Below, piece by piece: positions 39,950 to 51,432 of a stretch of 64,000 bases of DNA. The stretch's first letter is position 1. Each line of letters opens with the position of its first letter. This DNA is from Podarcis tiliguerta. Its lineage: Eukaryota. The notes beneath the pieces are model-generated. The model was not told the origin of the DNA. It saw only the letters and a list, made by a program, of their open reading frames with translations, and did not search any database. The stretch lies in assembly GCA_965153285.1 (NCBI GenBank), contig OZ229119.1; one strand, written 5' to 3'. Made by a program: the position numbers and the translations under genes.

Positions 39950-40353
39950 TATACATTACTTAGCCTTTTTCAGGCATTCAATTTACTGATGTAAATACAA
40001 TCACATGAGGAAAAAGAGTAGGGGCAAATTTTGCCTTCCAACGTAATGCCTTCCCCCTTTTTTTATGGCTGTCTCCCGTAAGGATGCAGGTCTGAAGTGG
40101 TATACAAGTACAAAAGCCTTGCCACTTAAGAACTTCACTTTTGAACTCAAGGAGGGCTATAAAGAAGGGGGAAACAATACCTCAGAGAGAGCAGGATTTG
40201 CCAGCATGCCTCTAATGCCCCATCCTTGGTTGTCTTCAGATAAGTAAGCTGAACCTGTGAGACGTGAGGAGAAATGTCCTAGTGTCTGAGCTAGATCATC
40301 AATGGGAGAACCTGCTTGAGGTGCTAGCAGGTACTAGGGGTGTGCTAGTACCT

Positions 40354-40637
40354 ATGTAAATAGCCGTGTCTTAGGACAGAGACTTGATATCCACTCACAC
40401 TTGCTGAAGGTCCCTTCAAACCCTGTGAAGATTAACACAGGCAAAGAGAGCTCTGTTTTGGAAGCAGTCACACAGCTTCTTCTGGAATAGAATTTAGTTC
40501 CATCCAGTCAAGAAGACAGCTTCCTGTTGATTCATATTGTCAGTATAATAGAATCTGAGGTATATCCCTGAAACAACACTCTGTGGCAAGTTGTGAGTAG
40601 ATATCAAGTCTCTGTCCTAAGACACAGCCATTTACAT
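40354..40637. repeat. Long inverted repeat (arms ~51 bp: 40354-40404 / 40586-40637)
   Basis: atgtaaatagccgtgtcttaggacagagacttgatatccactcacacttgc pairs with gcaagttgtgagtagatatcaagtctctgtcctaagacacagccatttacat with few mismatches. Confidence 0.9.
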
Positions 40638-40639
40638 TT

Positions 40640-40797
40640 AGTGGTCCATAAAACTGAATGAAATGAATGGAACGAAACAGCTCTCCAACTTGAAAGGGCC
40701 ATGCAGTAGGAAGGGCAAATGGAATTTGCTGCTTCTCAGGTGACTGTGTTGGAGAGCTGTTTCATTCCATTCATTTCATTCAGTTTTATGGACCACT
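40640..40797. repeat. Long inverted repeat (50-bp arms: 40640-40689 / 40748-40797)
   Basis: agtggtccataaaactgaatgaaatgaatggaacgaaacagctctccaac matches its reverse complement with one mismatch. Confidence 0.92.
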
Positions 40798-40849
40798 TTT
40801 CTGCTTTAATATCTACAAAAGCTTAAAAGGAAATACTAAAATCCTACTA

Positions 40850-41214
40850 CAGTGGTACCTCAGGTTACGTTACCTTCAAGTAACGTAATTTCTAGTTATG
40901 AGCGCTACAAACCCAGAAGTGTATACTTCCAGGTTTCGCTGCACGTGTGTGCACAGAAGCAGTGCCTCCAGATACGGACTTTACGGGGTACGTATGGACC
41001 CCGAAATAAGGGGACGACAGAGGACGAGATGGTTGGACAGTGTTCTCGAAGCTACAAACATGAGTCTGACCAAACTGCGGGAGGTAGTGGAAGACAGAAG
41101 TGCCTGGCGTGCTCTGGTCCATGGGGTCACGAAGAGTTGGACACGACTAAATGACTAAACAACAACAACATGGACCCCCGGGATATATTAAGTTTGTATC
41201 CGGAGGGTCCACTG
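40850..41214. mobile_element. Tigger-like MITE hosting a Bov-B fragment
   Basis: ta-cagtggtacctc ... gagggtccactg-ta. Confidence 0.78.
41008..41170 (+). mobile_element. Short Bov-B 3' fragment nested in a MITE
   Basis: RGRQRTRWLDSVLEATNMSLTKLREVVEDRSAWRALVHGVTKSWTRLND + aacaacaac tail; atggacccc repeated on both sides. Confidence 0.9.
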
Positions 41215-43160
41215 TAATACATTTATAAAGAGAGCAGCAATATAGAATGGCCAATATTTTTGAAATGTTTTGGACTTGTTGAGGCTCAAAATATCCATTA
41301 AAAGGCATGGTTGAAAATAATGGTTTTAGTCTGGTACCTGATTAGTGCTCATGTGGGTGTTTCTCTGTATGGTTGAAGGTAGTTTCTCAAATTCTAAGTG
41401 CCCAGATGTGCCCAGTTTGTGTATAATGTGTTTGTGGGAGGGGGGGAGCGGGTTTTGGTTTGTGGTTTCTTGGTCTTGTTTTTAACATGTTCTTTGTGTT
41501 TTTATATTGTGAACTGCCCTGAGATCTACAGATGAAGAGTGATATATTAAATAAATGAAATGAATGTTGCTATGTTCTGTATTCATGCGAAAGTTATGAA
41601 CACCTACCTTTTTTGGCCCAATTCCATTGCGAAAATTAGGGTGCGCATTAGATTTGATGGCACATTAGATTCGAGTGAATACGGTAATTCAGTTCCATAC
41701 ACAGATGGAGGAGATTAACTGGAAAATGTTCTAATGTCCTAGAGCCAGCGGTGGAGAACCTTTGTGGCTCTGGAGGGCAGATCTTTACCTGGCTTCACCT
41801 TGTAGGCCAATTTTGACAGGTGGGTGGGGCAACCCACATGTCAATCAAATAACGCCACATGACTTGACAGGTGGGTTGCCCCACCTGTCAAAATCCCTTT
41901 CAGTCCCTGTTATAGCATTTAAGCAGGGGAGAGTGAGGGCTGTACGTTCTCTCTGCAGCAGTTTCTCCCACCATTTTAAAGATCACTGCTATAGCAATCT
42001 TTGAAAGGGTGGGAGAAACCTGCTTTGAGTCAGTCCCCACTCTCCCATCTGAGGGCAGAGGAATGGGGACCGAGCAGTGAGGCAAGCACATGTTTCTTCA
42101 TTGCAGTGTGATGGAGCAGCCTCTCTCAGAGCAGAAGCCTAAAACAGACACCAACAGCTTTAGGCACCCTATTCTGTCATATAGCAATGAAGAGGAAAAC
42201 CAGGTCTGCTTTCAGGTTTGCTGTACATGCAGCAAGGAAAGCAGACCTGCTCTTTTTTTGGAAAGCCTGTCCCATGCTAATCCTTTTCAGAGGTTGAGTG
42301 GATCAGCATGAGGTAGGTTTTCCAAGAAGGTTTTGTTCTTCAGTTGATGTCACCAGTGACACCAGCTGATTGGCAGTTGGGCATCATTTGGAGGAAATGG
42401 CCTTGCTGGCCAAACTGGACCCCGTGATGGTCCCATGTTGGCCATGGGTCAGAGGTTTCCCACCCCTCTCCTAGGGTGTGATCTAATTTTGCATGCTTGC
42501 TTTGTCTGTCTCTACTAAACAAAGCTACAGAAACTGCTAAGCTTGTCCAATACTTTATTTGCAGTTGGTCGCCATTCGGTGTTGCTAATAAACTTAAGAA
42601 ATGGAAAGTTTTCTGTGAAAAAAAGGAAGATCTGGAAAGTGTTCTTCCCCTACATCACAGGCTTTCTGCTGTGATAAATAAATCCAGCAATAAAAAATGT
42701 ATTTTAGATTGGAAATGCTAGATTTCCATAGTAATGCCTAAACATTTTCTCTAGATTAAAAAAAATAATGCTGCAAAAAACGTTTGACTAAATATTTTCA
42801 GTCAGAAATATTTTGCAGCCATGCAGTTGACTCTGTGGGTTATGTCTGTCAGCCCAATTTCCTGCCCGCAGTTCCAAGAAACACACCATCAAGTATTTAT
42901 TTTTGATTCTCTATAAAGCAGCGCTGCGCCACTTGAAGTAATTTATGCTCCAGTCAAATTTTAATTTTATCCTGATGATAATTATGTAAGAGTATCTGCT
43001 TCCCAAATGTGTAATCAGTAAGCCAGTTTGGCCTTGGGGTCTTGTTTCTCATCTGTCAATCTTTTTTGAACACCATGGGAATGTATATTTGAACTGTCAA
43101 CAAATGAAGTGTAATCTGGTAGGGGTGCTATTCTGTAAGTACCAAAGAAATGATGTAGTA

Positions 43161-43421
43161 CAGTGGACACTCGGGTTGCGAACGTGATCTGTGCGGGAAG
43201 CACGTCCGCAACCCGCAGCATCCACAACCCGCAGCGCTGCATCTGCGCACGCACAGGTTGCGATTTGACGTTTCTGCGCATGCGCAAAGCATGATTTATT
43301 GCTTCTGCGCAAGCGCAAGCACCGAAACCTGGAAGTAATCCGTTCCGGTACTTCCAGATTCAGTGTGATGCGCAACCCGTAATCACACAACCCGAAGCGT
43401 CTGTAACCCAAGGTATGACCG
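43161..43421. mobile_element. Tigger-like MITE with TGCGCATGCGCA interior
   Basis: ta-cagtggacactcgggttgc ... gtaacccaaggtatgaccg-ta; interior related to the 24051 copy. Confidence 0.78.
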
Positions 43422-44797
43422 TATAGTGGTAGTTTGAATTACCAGTGGAGTTTGAATCTCATCTGAGCTCTAGAATGGCTTTGTCAAGCCACTATCACTC
43501 AGCCTGGGCTCTTCCCCTTGGGTACCATGAAGAAAATACTAGCTTACCTTACAACTGGGGACTGAGACCAGCGTACTGGACTAACCTTTTGGGAAACACT
43601 TCCACTTCATATATATGTGCACAGGACAGAGAGCGCAGGGCTGGAGAGGCACAGAAAATATTTGCCTACCCTCTGATCTGGCCCCATCCACCATTGGCTG
43701 TGGCCCCTCAGTTGACCCTGTGTAGGTCAGCTTCATAGGAAAAAGTTTCTCCAGCCTTCCTTACAACACTGTTCTAAATTGCGGTGTCTAACCTGTGGCC
43801 CTCCAGATAAGGAATACAAGCAAATAGTAAAGAAAACCCGCACAAGCGACACTGACACAAAACCCCACACATACACGAAGTAGAATAGAAGCATTGCCAC
43901 CCAACCCCAACCACCATGCCCCCCTCCACCTCTTTCCCCCCTTTCTTCCTAAGGTAACACTAATGTCTCAACAAATGAAACTGACCTGTAGAAAATGTAG
44001 CTTAAATAAGAAACATTGCACATACTTTTGTAAACCAAGAAAACTTTAATAGAAAATACGTTATTAAAAAAATTCACAAGGGCTTTTAACACAGTCAGAG
44101 GATTTCTGGATCATTGGAAAAATAGTTTTCTTCTGGCATGAAAGAAAAGGAACAGAAGGTTTAAAAAAAAAACCAGAAAAGAAAAAAGGTACAAATAACA
44201 TGATTTGCAATTCTGACAAGCATGCAGGTTTGACACCCTTCCTTGCCCAGGACTTAACGGACTCACAACCTGTTTAGAGCAGCCTGTAAATAATTGCTCT
44301 CAGGCTTTACAACACTCTTCTGCTACTGGTCTCTCATCACAGTTGAAAGGATTATGCTAAAAGGAAACCAGGACGATATGGATGCAGCAAACTCTGTAAC
44401 TCTGGCAACAGTTGCTAAAGCACACTGCTTTCATGCTTTGCATGTTAATTACGCTTGAGCAGAGTCAGGTTTCGTACCCATGGGTCCATTATAACCTGGT
44501 TTCTTGAAGCACAAGACTAGTCTCCCTTGGAAGAATTGTTCTGGGAGGAAGTTTAGAACTTTGAGTGACATTTTCAGTTGAAATGAGACTTGCTAGGACA
44601 TTCCTAGATAGTCTAATTTTAAAAAGGTGAATCAGGTCATACAGTCCTGAGAGTAAGTCTCATGGAATTCGGTGGGCGCTCTTCCGGATAGACATGCATA
44701 GATTTGCACACTTACATACTCACAAGCCAAGAGGGCAGCACCAGTTCAAACAGCAAACAAAAAACTTGCTCAGGTAGAGTACTGGTAGGTGTGCAAA

Positions 44798-46670
44798 AAT
44801 CAATCAATCAATCAATCTTTATTATGGTCCATAGACCCAACAAATCATTACAAAGCAATGCACAATTCAGACAGCCTACCTCCAGGTTAAACAAGCATTT
44901 TGTTCAGACTTAAATATAGGGATCATTGGTTCTTGCAACCACCGATAAAAACTTTGCCACTGCTAATGTTCTGGCATTCGTCCGGTCTTCCAACAGGAAC
45001 CTGACATAGTGAGCCTCTGATTTTCCCGGGAAAGGTACCAGCAAGGGTAATATCAGTTCAGCCCTGGCTTGCTCATATTTTGCACAGTGCAGCAAAATAT
45101 GCTTTATAGAATCGATGTCTTGAACACACGAGCAGAGTCTGTCCTGGTAGGGAACTCCTCTCAACCTACCATCCACCACTGCAGAAGGAAAGACGTTTAG
45201 TCTGGCTTTGGTGAATAACATTGGATAATTTGGTACTGTCAGGTTTTTAATGTAAGGTGTTAACTTAAAGACATGCCCATATTGTACTCCTACTGCCAGC
45301 AGACTACAGACTGCGTGTGATCGAGATCGCAAGTCACTGTGTGTATTATCCCATAATGTTTGCTTTAGTGTCTTTAGGGCACCTTCATAACCCAGGTAAT
45401 AAAGTTGGGGGGGTGACAGACCAATAGAGGTGGCTTTTCTAGCCATGGTTTTGCTGACAAACTCCTCATTGGTCAGGTGTTGGTACAAACCCTTCCCTAG
45501 ATCAAATATTGAAATCCTGAGCCAATGTTCTAGGGCAGCCCACCATGCTTTAGTTGAAATTGGGCATTCACCAGCTTCTAACAGAAGTATGGAGTTGGGG
45601 ACACAGTTGGGTACCTGCAGCAGAGATTGTAGAAATTTTGCTTGAAAGCCATCTAGCTTAGGCAGGTCCCCATTATGCCAGACATTTGCAGCGTACAGGA
45701 GTTGGGAAACGGATTTTGCATTGAAAACCCTTAAGGCTGCTGGAACATATTTGCCGCCCTTTGTGAAAAAGAATCTGAGTATGGCTAGCTTTGTGATCTC
45801 CGCCTTTTGAAGGGAGGTTTGCCAGTGGTGCTTCCAAGATCCTATATGATGGAATGTGAGTCCTAGATAACTGAAGTATTTAATCTGTTCAAGGTTATGG
45901 CCATCCAGCACCCATTTAGACCAGGAGAAGCTTCTTTCGAATACTAAAATTTTAGATTTTTCATAATTACCGTATTTTACGCTCCATAGGGCGCACCTGA
46001 CCATAGGGAACACCTAGTTTTCAGAGGGGGAAATCAAGGGGGAAAATATGATTCCTCCCCCCCCAGCTCTGGGAGCAGCGGACAGGCTGCAGGCAGCCTA
46101 TGCGCTTCTCCCAGACCTTCTCCCTGCTTTTGCGGGAGGTGGGGGAATTCCCCACCCCCCACCTGCAAAACCAGCAGAAGCCGTGCGCTCTTTAAAAGGG
46201 CTGTGCGGCTTCTCCTGGCTTTTCTGGGAGGCGGGGGAATTCCCTCACCTCTCGCAAAAGCCCGCAGAAGCCGCACGCTCTTTAAAGGGTGTGTGGCTCC
46301 TGTGGGCTTTTCTACGAGGTGGGAGAAGGGACTGATGCGGCTAGTCAGTCCCTTCTCCCTCCTGGGGAAAAGCCCGCAAGAGCGCACGGAGCTTTTCTTG
46401 GGGGCTTTTCCCGCCTGCCTCCCCCCTGCATTCGCTCCATAGGACGCACACACATTTCCCCTTGCATTTTAGGAGGGAAAAAGTGTGTCCTATAGAGCGA
46501 AAAATACGGTAATGGATAAACCATTTCCAAAACAGTAATCAGAAAACTTCCTCGGCAGATATTTCAAACCCGGTCTGGAACATGAGATTATGGCCACGTC
46601 ATCCGCATATAACAACAAGTGGGTCCTTCTCTTTCCTATTTTTGGAAGGTGTCCATCTGGGTCCATTAAG
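44798..46670 (-). mobile_element. 5'-truncated non-LTR retrotransposon (RT C-terminal half + CCHC region; RTE-X/Daphne-like), split by a MITE
   Basis: LLLYADDVAI...GLSI|NYEKSKILVF...LEQIKYFSYLGLTF...DRLCSC...HILLHCAKY; AATAAA followed by a (GATT)n tail on the minus strand. Clade assignment is tentative. Confidence 0.85.
45970..46509. mobile_element. Tc1/mariner-pogo-type MITE (CCGTATTTT TIR, TA TSD)
   Basis: ta-ccgtattttacgctccatagg ... cctatagagcgaaaaatacgg-ta; GC-rich interior with internal repeats. Confidence 0.9.
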
Positions 46671-47416
46671 CTCTCTTCTAGCAAAAATACAGGTGTGTAT
46701 TCTTCACAGTGATCTGGTTCGCACATAACAGGATCTTCTTGGTAACATTCCCACACTTATGGAATGTCCTCCATGGTAAGGTGCATTTGTCTAAACCCTA
46801 AAATGCTTCTCTTTGCATCTCAAAGTTTAACAAGACTTTATGTATGACTGGATTTAACTGTCAGGGGTCCTTTACCTTTTTAGAGTTGTCAAATTGTACA
46901 AGACCCTTTATAATGCTCCGTCTCTCCCATACCACGATGAAACATTTCAAAAATCCTTTTAAACATTGCTTTTAGGCTTTTGCTCTTAAATGAGGGGAAG
47001 CACAGGAAACAGTCGGTTCATCTCTGGGTTGCATAATGTTACCACAGCATATCTGTTACATTTCTGGTTTATTTTCCCTTTCAAGATATAGCATAATTAT
47101 TTCTTCTTTTTGTGGCAAACCAGCCTTAGTGACTGAAAGTTACAGAAACGATGAGTGTAGCTCTTTCGTTTTCTCTCTACCCATAAACCTGTTTCAAACA
47201 TAATTTGTCATGCTGATTCAACATCCTTTTTCTCTGTGCTGGGATTTTCTGCGTGTTGGGGTTTTTGACTGCCGGTTACTGCCTTGAGGATCCCATTGGT
47301 GGTACAAAGTGAGGAATATAAATATTTCAATAAACAAATACATGGCTGGCGCTATGCTTCTTTATTATGGTAACATATAACCTCCTTTCCTTTCCTTTTT
47401 TTTACACTGCCAGGGT

Positions 47417-47522
47417 AGAATAATAGAATCATAGAGCTGGAAGGGACCACAAGGACCATCTAGTCAAGCCTCCAAACCCATGATCCTAAGATTAATGGTC
47501 TCATGCTCTACCAACTGAGCTG
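47417..47522 (-). mobile_element. Short SINE: tRNA-Lys-like head + CR1 tail
   Basis: The minus strand reads agctcagttggtagagcatgagaccattaatcttaggatcatgggtttg, then gactagatggtccttgtggtcccttccagctctatgattct. Confidence 0.68.
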
Positions 47523-48375
47523 TAAGTTAGGGGCTATCAGCAATATGGTCTCTGAAGCAACATGGATAAAACCCACTACCGCCCACCTCCAGAATCCTTG
47601 GGCCAAGTTTGGTGACAATATCTCAAGAGGTGGCCAAGTCTATAGAGTACAAACAGAACACCGAAAGAATTTAAACAAGTCTTCTCTTAAATTAACATTA
47701 GCTTTTCATTTTCTCTGTACTGTTTTGATAACTTCCTCATAAAATGTCATTGCATATAACAGGGAAGCAACTGTGCTGGCAGTGTCAGGCATCTGTTCCC
47801 TCTTGTTTGTATTCTTAGAATGTCAGGCCATTGCCTGAATATTTTGGTGCACTGTGTGCGTCAGTGTTTGTTTCTTTGGGCACTGCATGCAACGAGCACT
47901 GGAATCTCACCCACCAGCTGCACAAACCAAACGGAGATGCAGATAAAGCCTAAATAAGAAGGCTCTTTCCAAACTGCTTCAAGATGCCAGCTGCTGCAGT
48001 ATGTAATGCACCAACACTGGTGGTTAAACATCAGGTGATGCTAAGACAGAAGGAAAGGAAAGGGAGGAAATGTTCAAGGAATTATTGACCCAGCCTTGTA
48101 TATTCAACTTTACTCTGGTCAACTGCAAAACAGCAACAAATTTTCACAAGTCACAACCAGCATATACCCAACCACATCCATGCTGATAGTAGCAAACTGC
48201 AAAACTGTTGGAAATTTTCTCCTTGCTGTTTGCTGTTTGTTATTCTCCCAGTATAAATTAGACTTTTAACATAAGCAACAATACAAATCCTTGCGCTAAG
48301 GTGCTTACCGTTTACATTTTGTCAGTAAAGGGACAACGAAGGGAGAAAAGATGATTATCAACAAAGCCATTGCAA

Positions 48376-48826
48376 GTGGTGGTGGTGGTGTTGTTTAGTC
48401 ATTTAGTCGTGTCCGACTCTTCGTGACCCCATGGACCAGAGCATGCCAGGCACTTCTGTCTTCCAGTGCCTCCTGGAGTTTCATCAAACTCATGTTGGTA
48501 GCTTCGAGAACACTGTCCAACCATCTCGTCCTCTGTCGTCCCCTTCTCCTTGTGCCCTCAATCTTTCCCAACATCGGAGTCTTTTCCAGGGAGTCTTCTC
48601 TTCTCACGAGGTGGCCACAGTATTGGAGCCTCAGCTTCACGATCTGTCCTTCCAGTGAGCACTCAGGGCTGATTTCCTTCAGAATGGATAGGTTTGATCT
48701 TCTTGCAGTCCATGGGACTCTCAAGAGTCTCCTCCAGCACCCTAATTCAAAAGCATCAATTCTTCGGCGATCAGCCTTCTTTATGGTCCAGCTCTCACTT
48801 CCATACATCACTACTGGGAAAACCAT
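48376..48826 (-). mobile_element. Bov-B (RTE LINE) 3' fragment
   Basis: Uninterrupted 143-aa Bov-B C-terminus (48395-48826); TSD ccattgcaa (48367-48375 / 48823-48831). Confidence 0.95.
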
Positions 48827-50014
48827 TGCAAATACTTAGCCTTTAAATCAGACCTTGATTTAAAAGGGTGGAGAACCTCCAGTCCATGCAGTTTTGTTCC
48901 TGCACTAGTCTCAGTTTGGCCCATGAGGCTGTTTTCTCTGAACTATGCCTACCTGCCCCCATACCTGAAGTCACAAGAAATGTCAGGTGTGGGGCACGTA
49001 GAGACACAGCTAGATCAGCAGTGTAACATAGTTGCCCACAGGCAACTCAGCTGTATGACCAATCATTGCAGAAGACAAGGCGAAAGTGGGCAGCGAATTA
49101 AAGCCTGCCACAGCTGCTCCACAACCAAATTCCCCACAGTTTGTAATAGTTTGTCAGTCCCCTGTTGTTGTTTTCACTGCGCTAATTGTTTACCGTTTAT
49201 CCTGTTTGAAGGATTTGACTGTTCTGGTTGAATTTTATAATGATGCAGCCTTGCGACTTGGAATCCATTGAAATGAAAGGTGAGTTATAAATACACCTAA
49301 CTTAACAAAGAGCCAGTTGAGTCTCTTAGGAGCAGAACACATGTGCTGTTTAATACATGAATGCATTTAACATGCCTCTCCCCCATACCTGTAATAATAA
49401 CAGCCATGGAGGGTCAGTACCACAGCCCACAGGGAGGGGGAGTTTGTCCTTTCCTCCATGGGATGCGTCCTGAGAGACGGGGGCAATTGGCAGCCCCCAG
49501 CTGGCTGCAGCCCACCGGCTGGCAGCCGTTCTTGGAACAGCATCAAAACTGCGACTCAAGCCTCAGAAACCTTTAGAGGCTAAGCACGCAAGCCAGCAGA
49601 GATAAGAACCCTTTGCAATGGAAGAGCGGACAGAGGCATATGTAAGCACATTTACAAGCATTTATTCAGCATTAGGACAAAGGAAAAACATGTCTGCTCC
49701 CCTTAGTGTCCAAGCAACAGAAAGAACAAAGCAAAAACAATACACAAACGAAAGTTCCCAGCAAGCTGTGCTGGAATGTAAACAGACATGTGACATACAA
49801 CAGCTCCACACATCTGTTTAGGTGGAACAGAACATCAATATCCTAATAACATTGCCCCCATCAATCCCCCCTAAAGCTCCTATTAGTTCACATCATAAAA
49901 CCACACATAGGTCTTAGTAAGCAGGGGTACTCTTGACCCATGCTAGCAAATACAGAGTTTTACCCATGTGACCCTAGGGTACCATTTTTTTAATCTGTAA
50001 TTAATGTATTCCAT

Positions 50015-50152
50015 CATAGACTCGTAGAATTAGAAGGGACCCTGAGGATCTAGTCCAACCCCCTGCATTGCAGGAATATGCAGTTGTCCTTTAAGAGGAT
50101 CAAACCTGCAACCTTGGCATCATCAGCACCACACTCTAACCAAATGAGCTAT
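50015..50152 (-). mobile_element. Short SINE: tRNA-Ile-like head + CR1 tail (Squam2-like)
   Basis: The minus strand reads tagctcatttggttagagtgtggtgctgatgatgccaaggttgcaggtttgatcc, then gggggttggactagat...cccttctaattctacgagtctatg. Confidence 0.72.
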
Positions 50153-50931
50153 CCAAGCTTGATCAACCGCACTCAGTGGAGGTAGGTCCATTAGAGTAGA
50201 TGCCTACTCTCACCAGTCCAGGGGGTTGAGCTGCTGTCGGCTTCCTCCTTGTGTTGCCCTGGTAGAACTCAGCAGAGGGAAACTAGAATTAGTTGGCTCT
50301 GGCTCCACCTTCTGTTGGTCTCCCTGACTTCCACCCCACCAGGTCCAATTAGCATCAGCTGCAACTGATGGCACTGATTATTATTTTTTAAATCACTAGT
50401 GCTTTTTATCTTCACTCTTTAGAAGACTCTTTTGTACAATCAAAACATTTAGTCAAAAGTATTATTTGGTATGCATGGAGAGTGAATTTCTGCAGAAGGC
50501 ATTTCTCCTGTAAATCTGGATGCAGAGAAGAGCATGGAAGGCCGTTCTGTTTTGTTTTGTTTCTTCAGCTCTTTGATAATTCCCATGTCATTTAGTGCTG
50601 CTTGCATAAGAGACATTCCTGCTGTATGTATCACAGGATATAATAATTCTGACTTATAATAATGCTAGTGGTTGTAAGGAATACAAGAAGATAATTTACG
50701 TGAAACACTCTGAACATTTGGAGGTGCTATGCAAATGTTAAAATAATGACGATGGTGTTACTGTTCCGCAAATGCAAGCCATCATTCAGAGTGCAATCCT
50801 ACGCATGAAAAGTAATCTGTCTCACAGATGTGACCAACTAAGATACAAAGCTTATTTATCTACTTATTCATTCTGATATACAAGCTGTTGCCTTTAATGG
50901 CAGAAAAAAATCCTCTCATGGTTTCTGAGAA

Positions 50932-51193
50932 NNNNNNNNNNNNNNNNNNNNNNNNNNNNNNNNNNNNNNNNNNNNNNNNNNNNNNNNNNNNNNNNNNNNN
51001 NNNNNNNNNNNNNNNNNNNNNNNNNNNNNNNNNNNNNNNNNNNNNNNNNNNNNNNNNNNNNNNNNNNNNNNNNNNNNNNNNNNNNNNNNNNNNNNNNNNN
51101 NNNNNNNNNNNNNNNNNNNNNNNNNNNNNNNNNNNNNNNNNNNNNNNNNNNNNNNNNNNNNNNNNNNNNNNNNNNNNNNNNNNNNNNNNNNNN
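50932..51193. other. Assembly gap (262 N)
   Basis: Run of N. Confidence 1.
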
Positions 51194-51375
51194 CAGTGTG
51201 AAGAATGTCAGAAGTATATGCCCGAACATAACATTTACAGTCCTTTGGGAGCGGTGGAGACAGTGACACATCCATTCCACATGGGAAGGAACAGAGAACC
51301 TGCCACTGGTTAATAAACTGAATCATCATTGTTGCTCTGAAGTATTATCGTTTATGAGTGCTTGCAGTTTTTTTC

Positions 51376-51376
<1 letters not shown>

Positions 51377-51431
<55 letters not shown>

Positions 51432-51432
51432 T
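51377..51432. repeat. (TTTC)n microsatellite
   Basis: Direct reading. Confidence 0.95.

Noticed and set aside
49390-49985. Possible solo LTR
   Set aside because: Composition is suggestive, but TG...CA termini and a TSD could not be fixed.
47470-50152. tRNA genes
   Set aside because: The tRNA-like segments are degenerate SINE heads fused to CR1 tails, without intact cloverleafs.
50888-51329. ORFs spanning the N-run
   Set aside because: Artefacts of the assembly gap.
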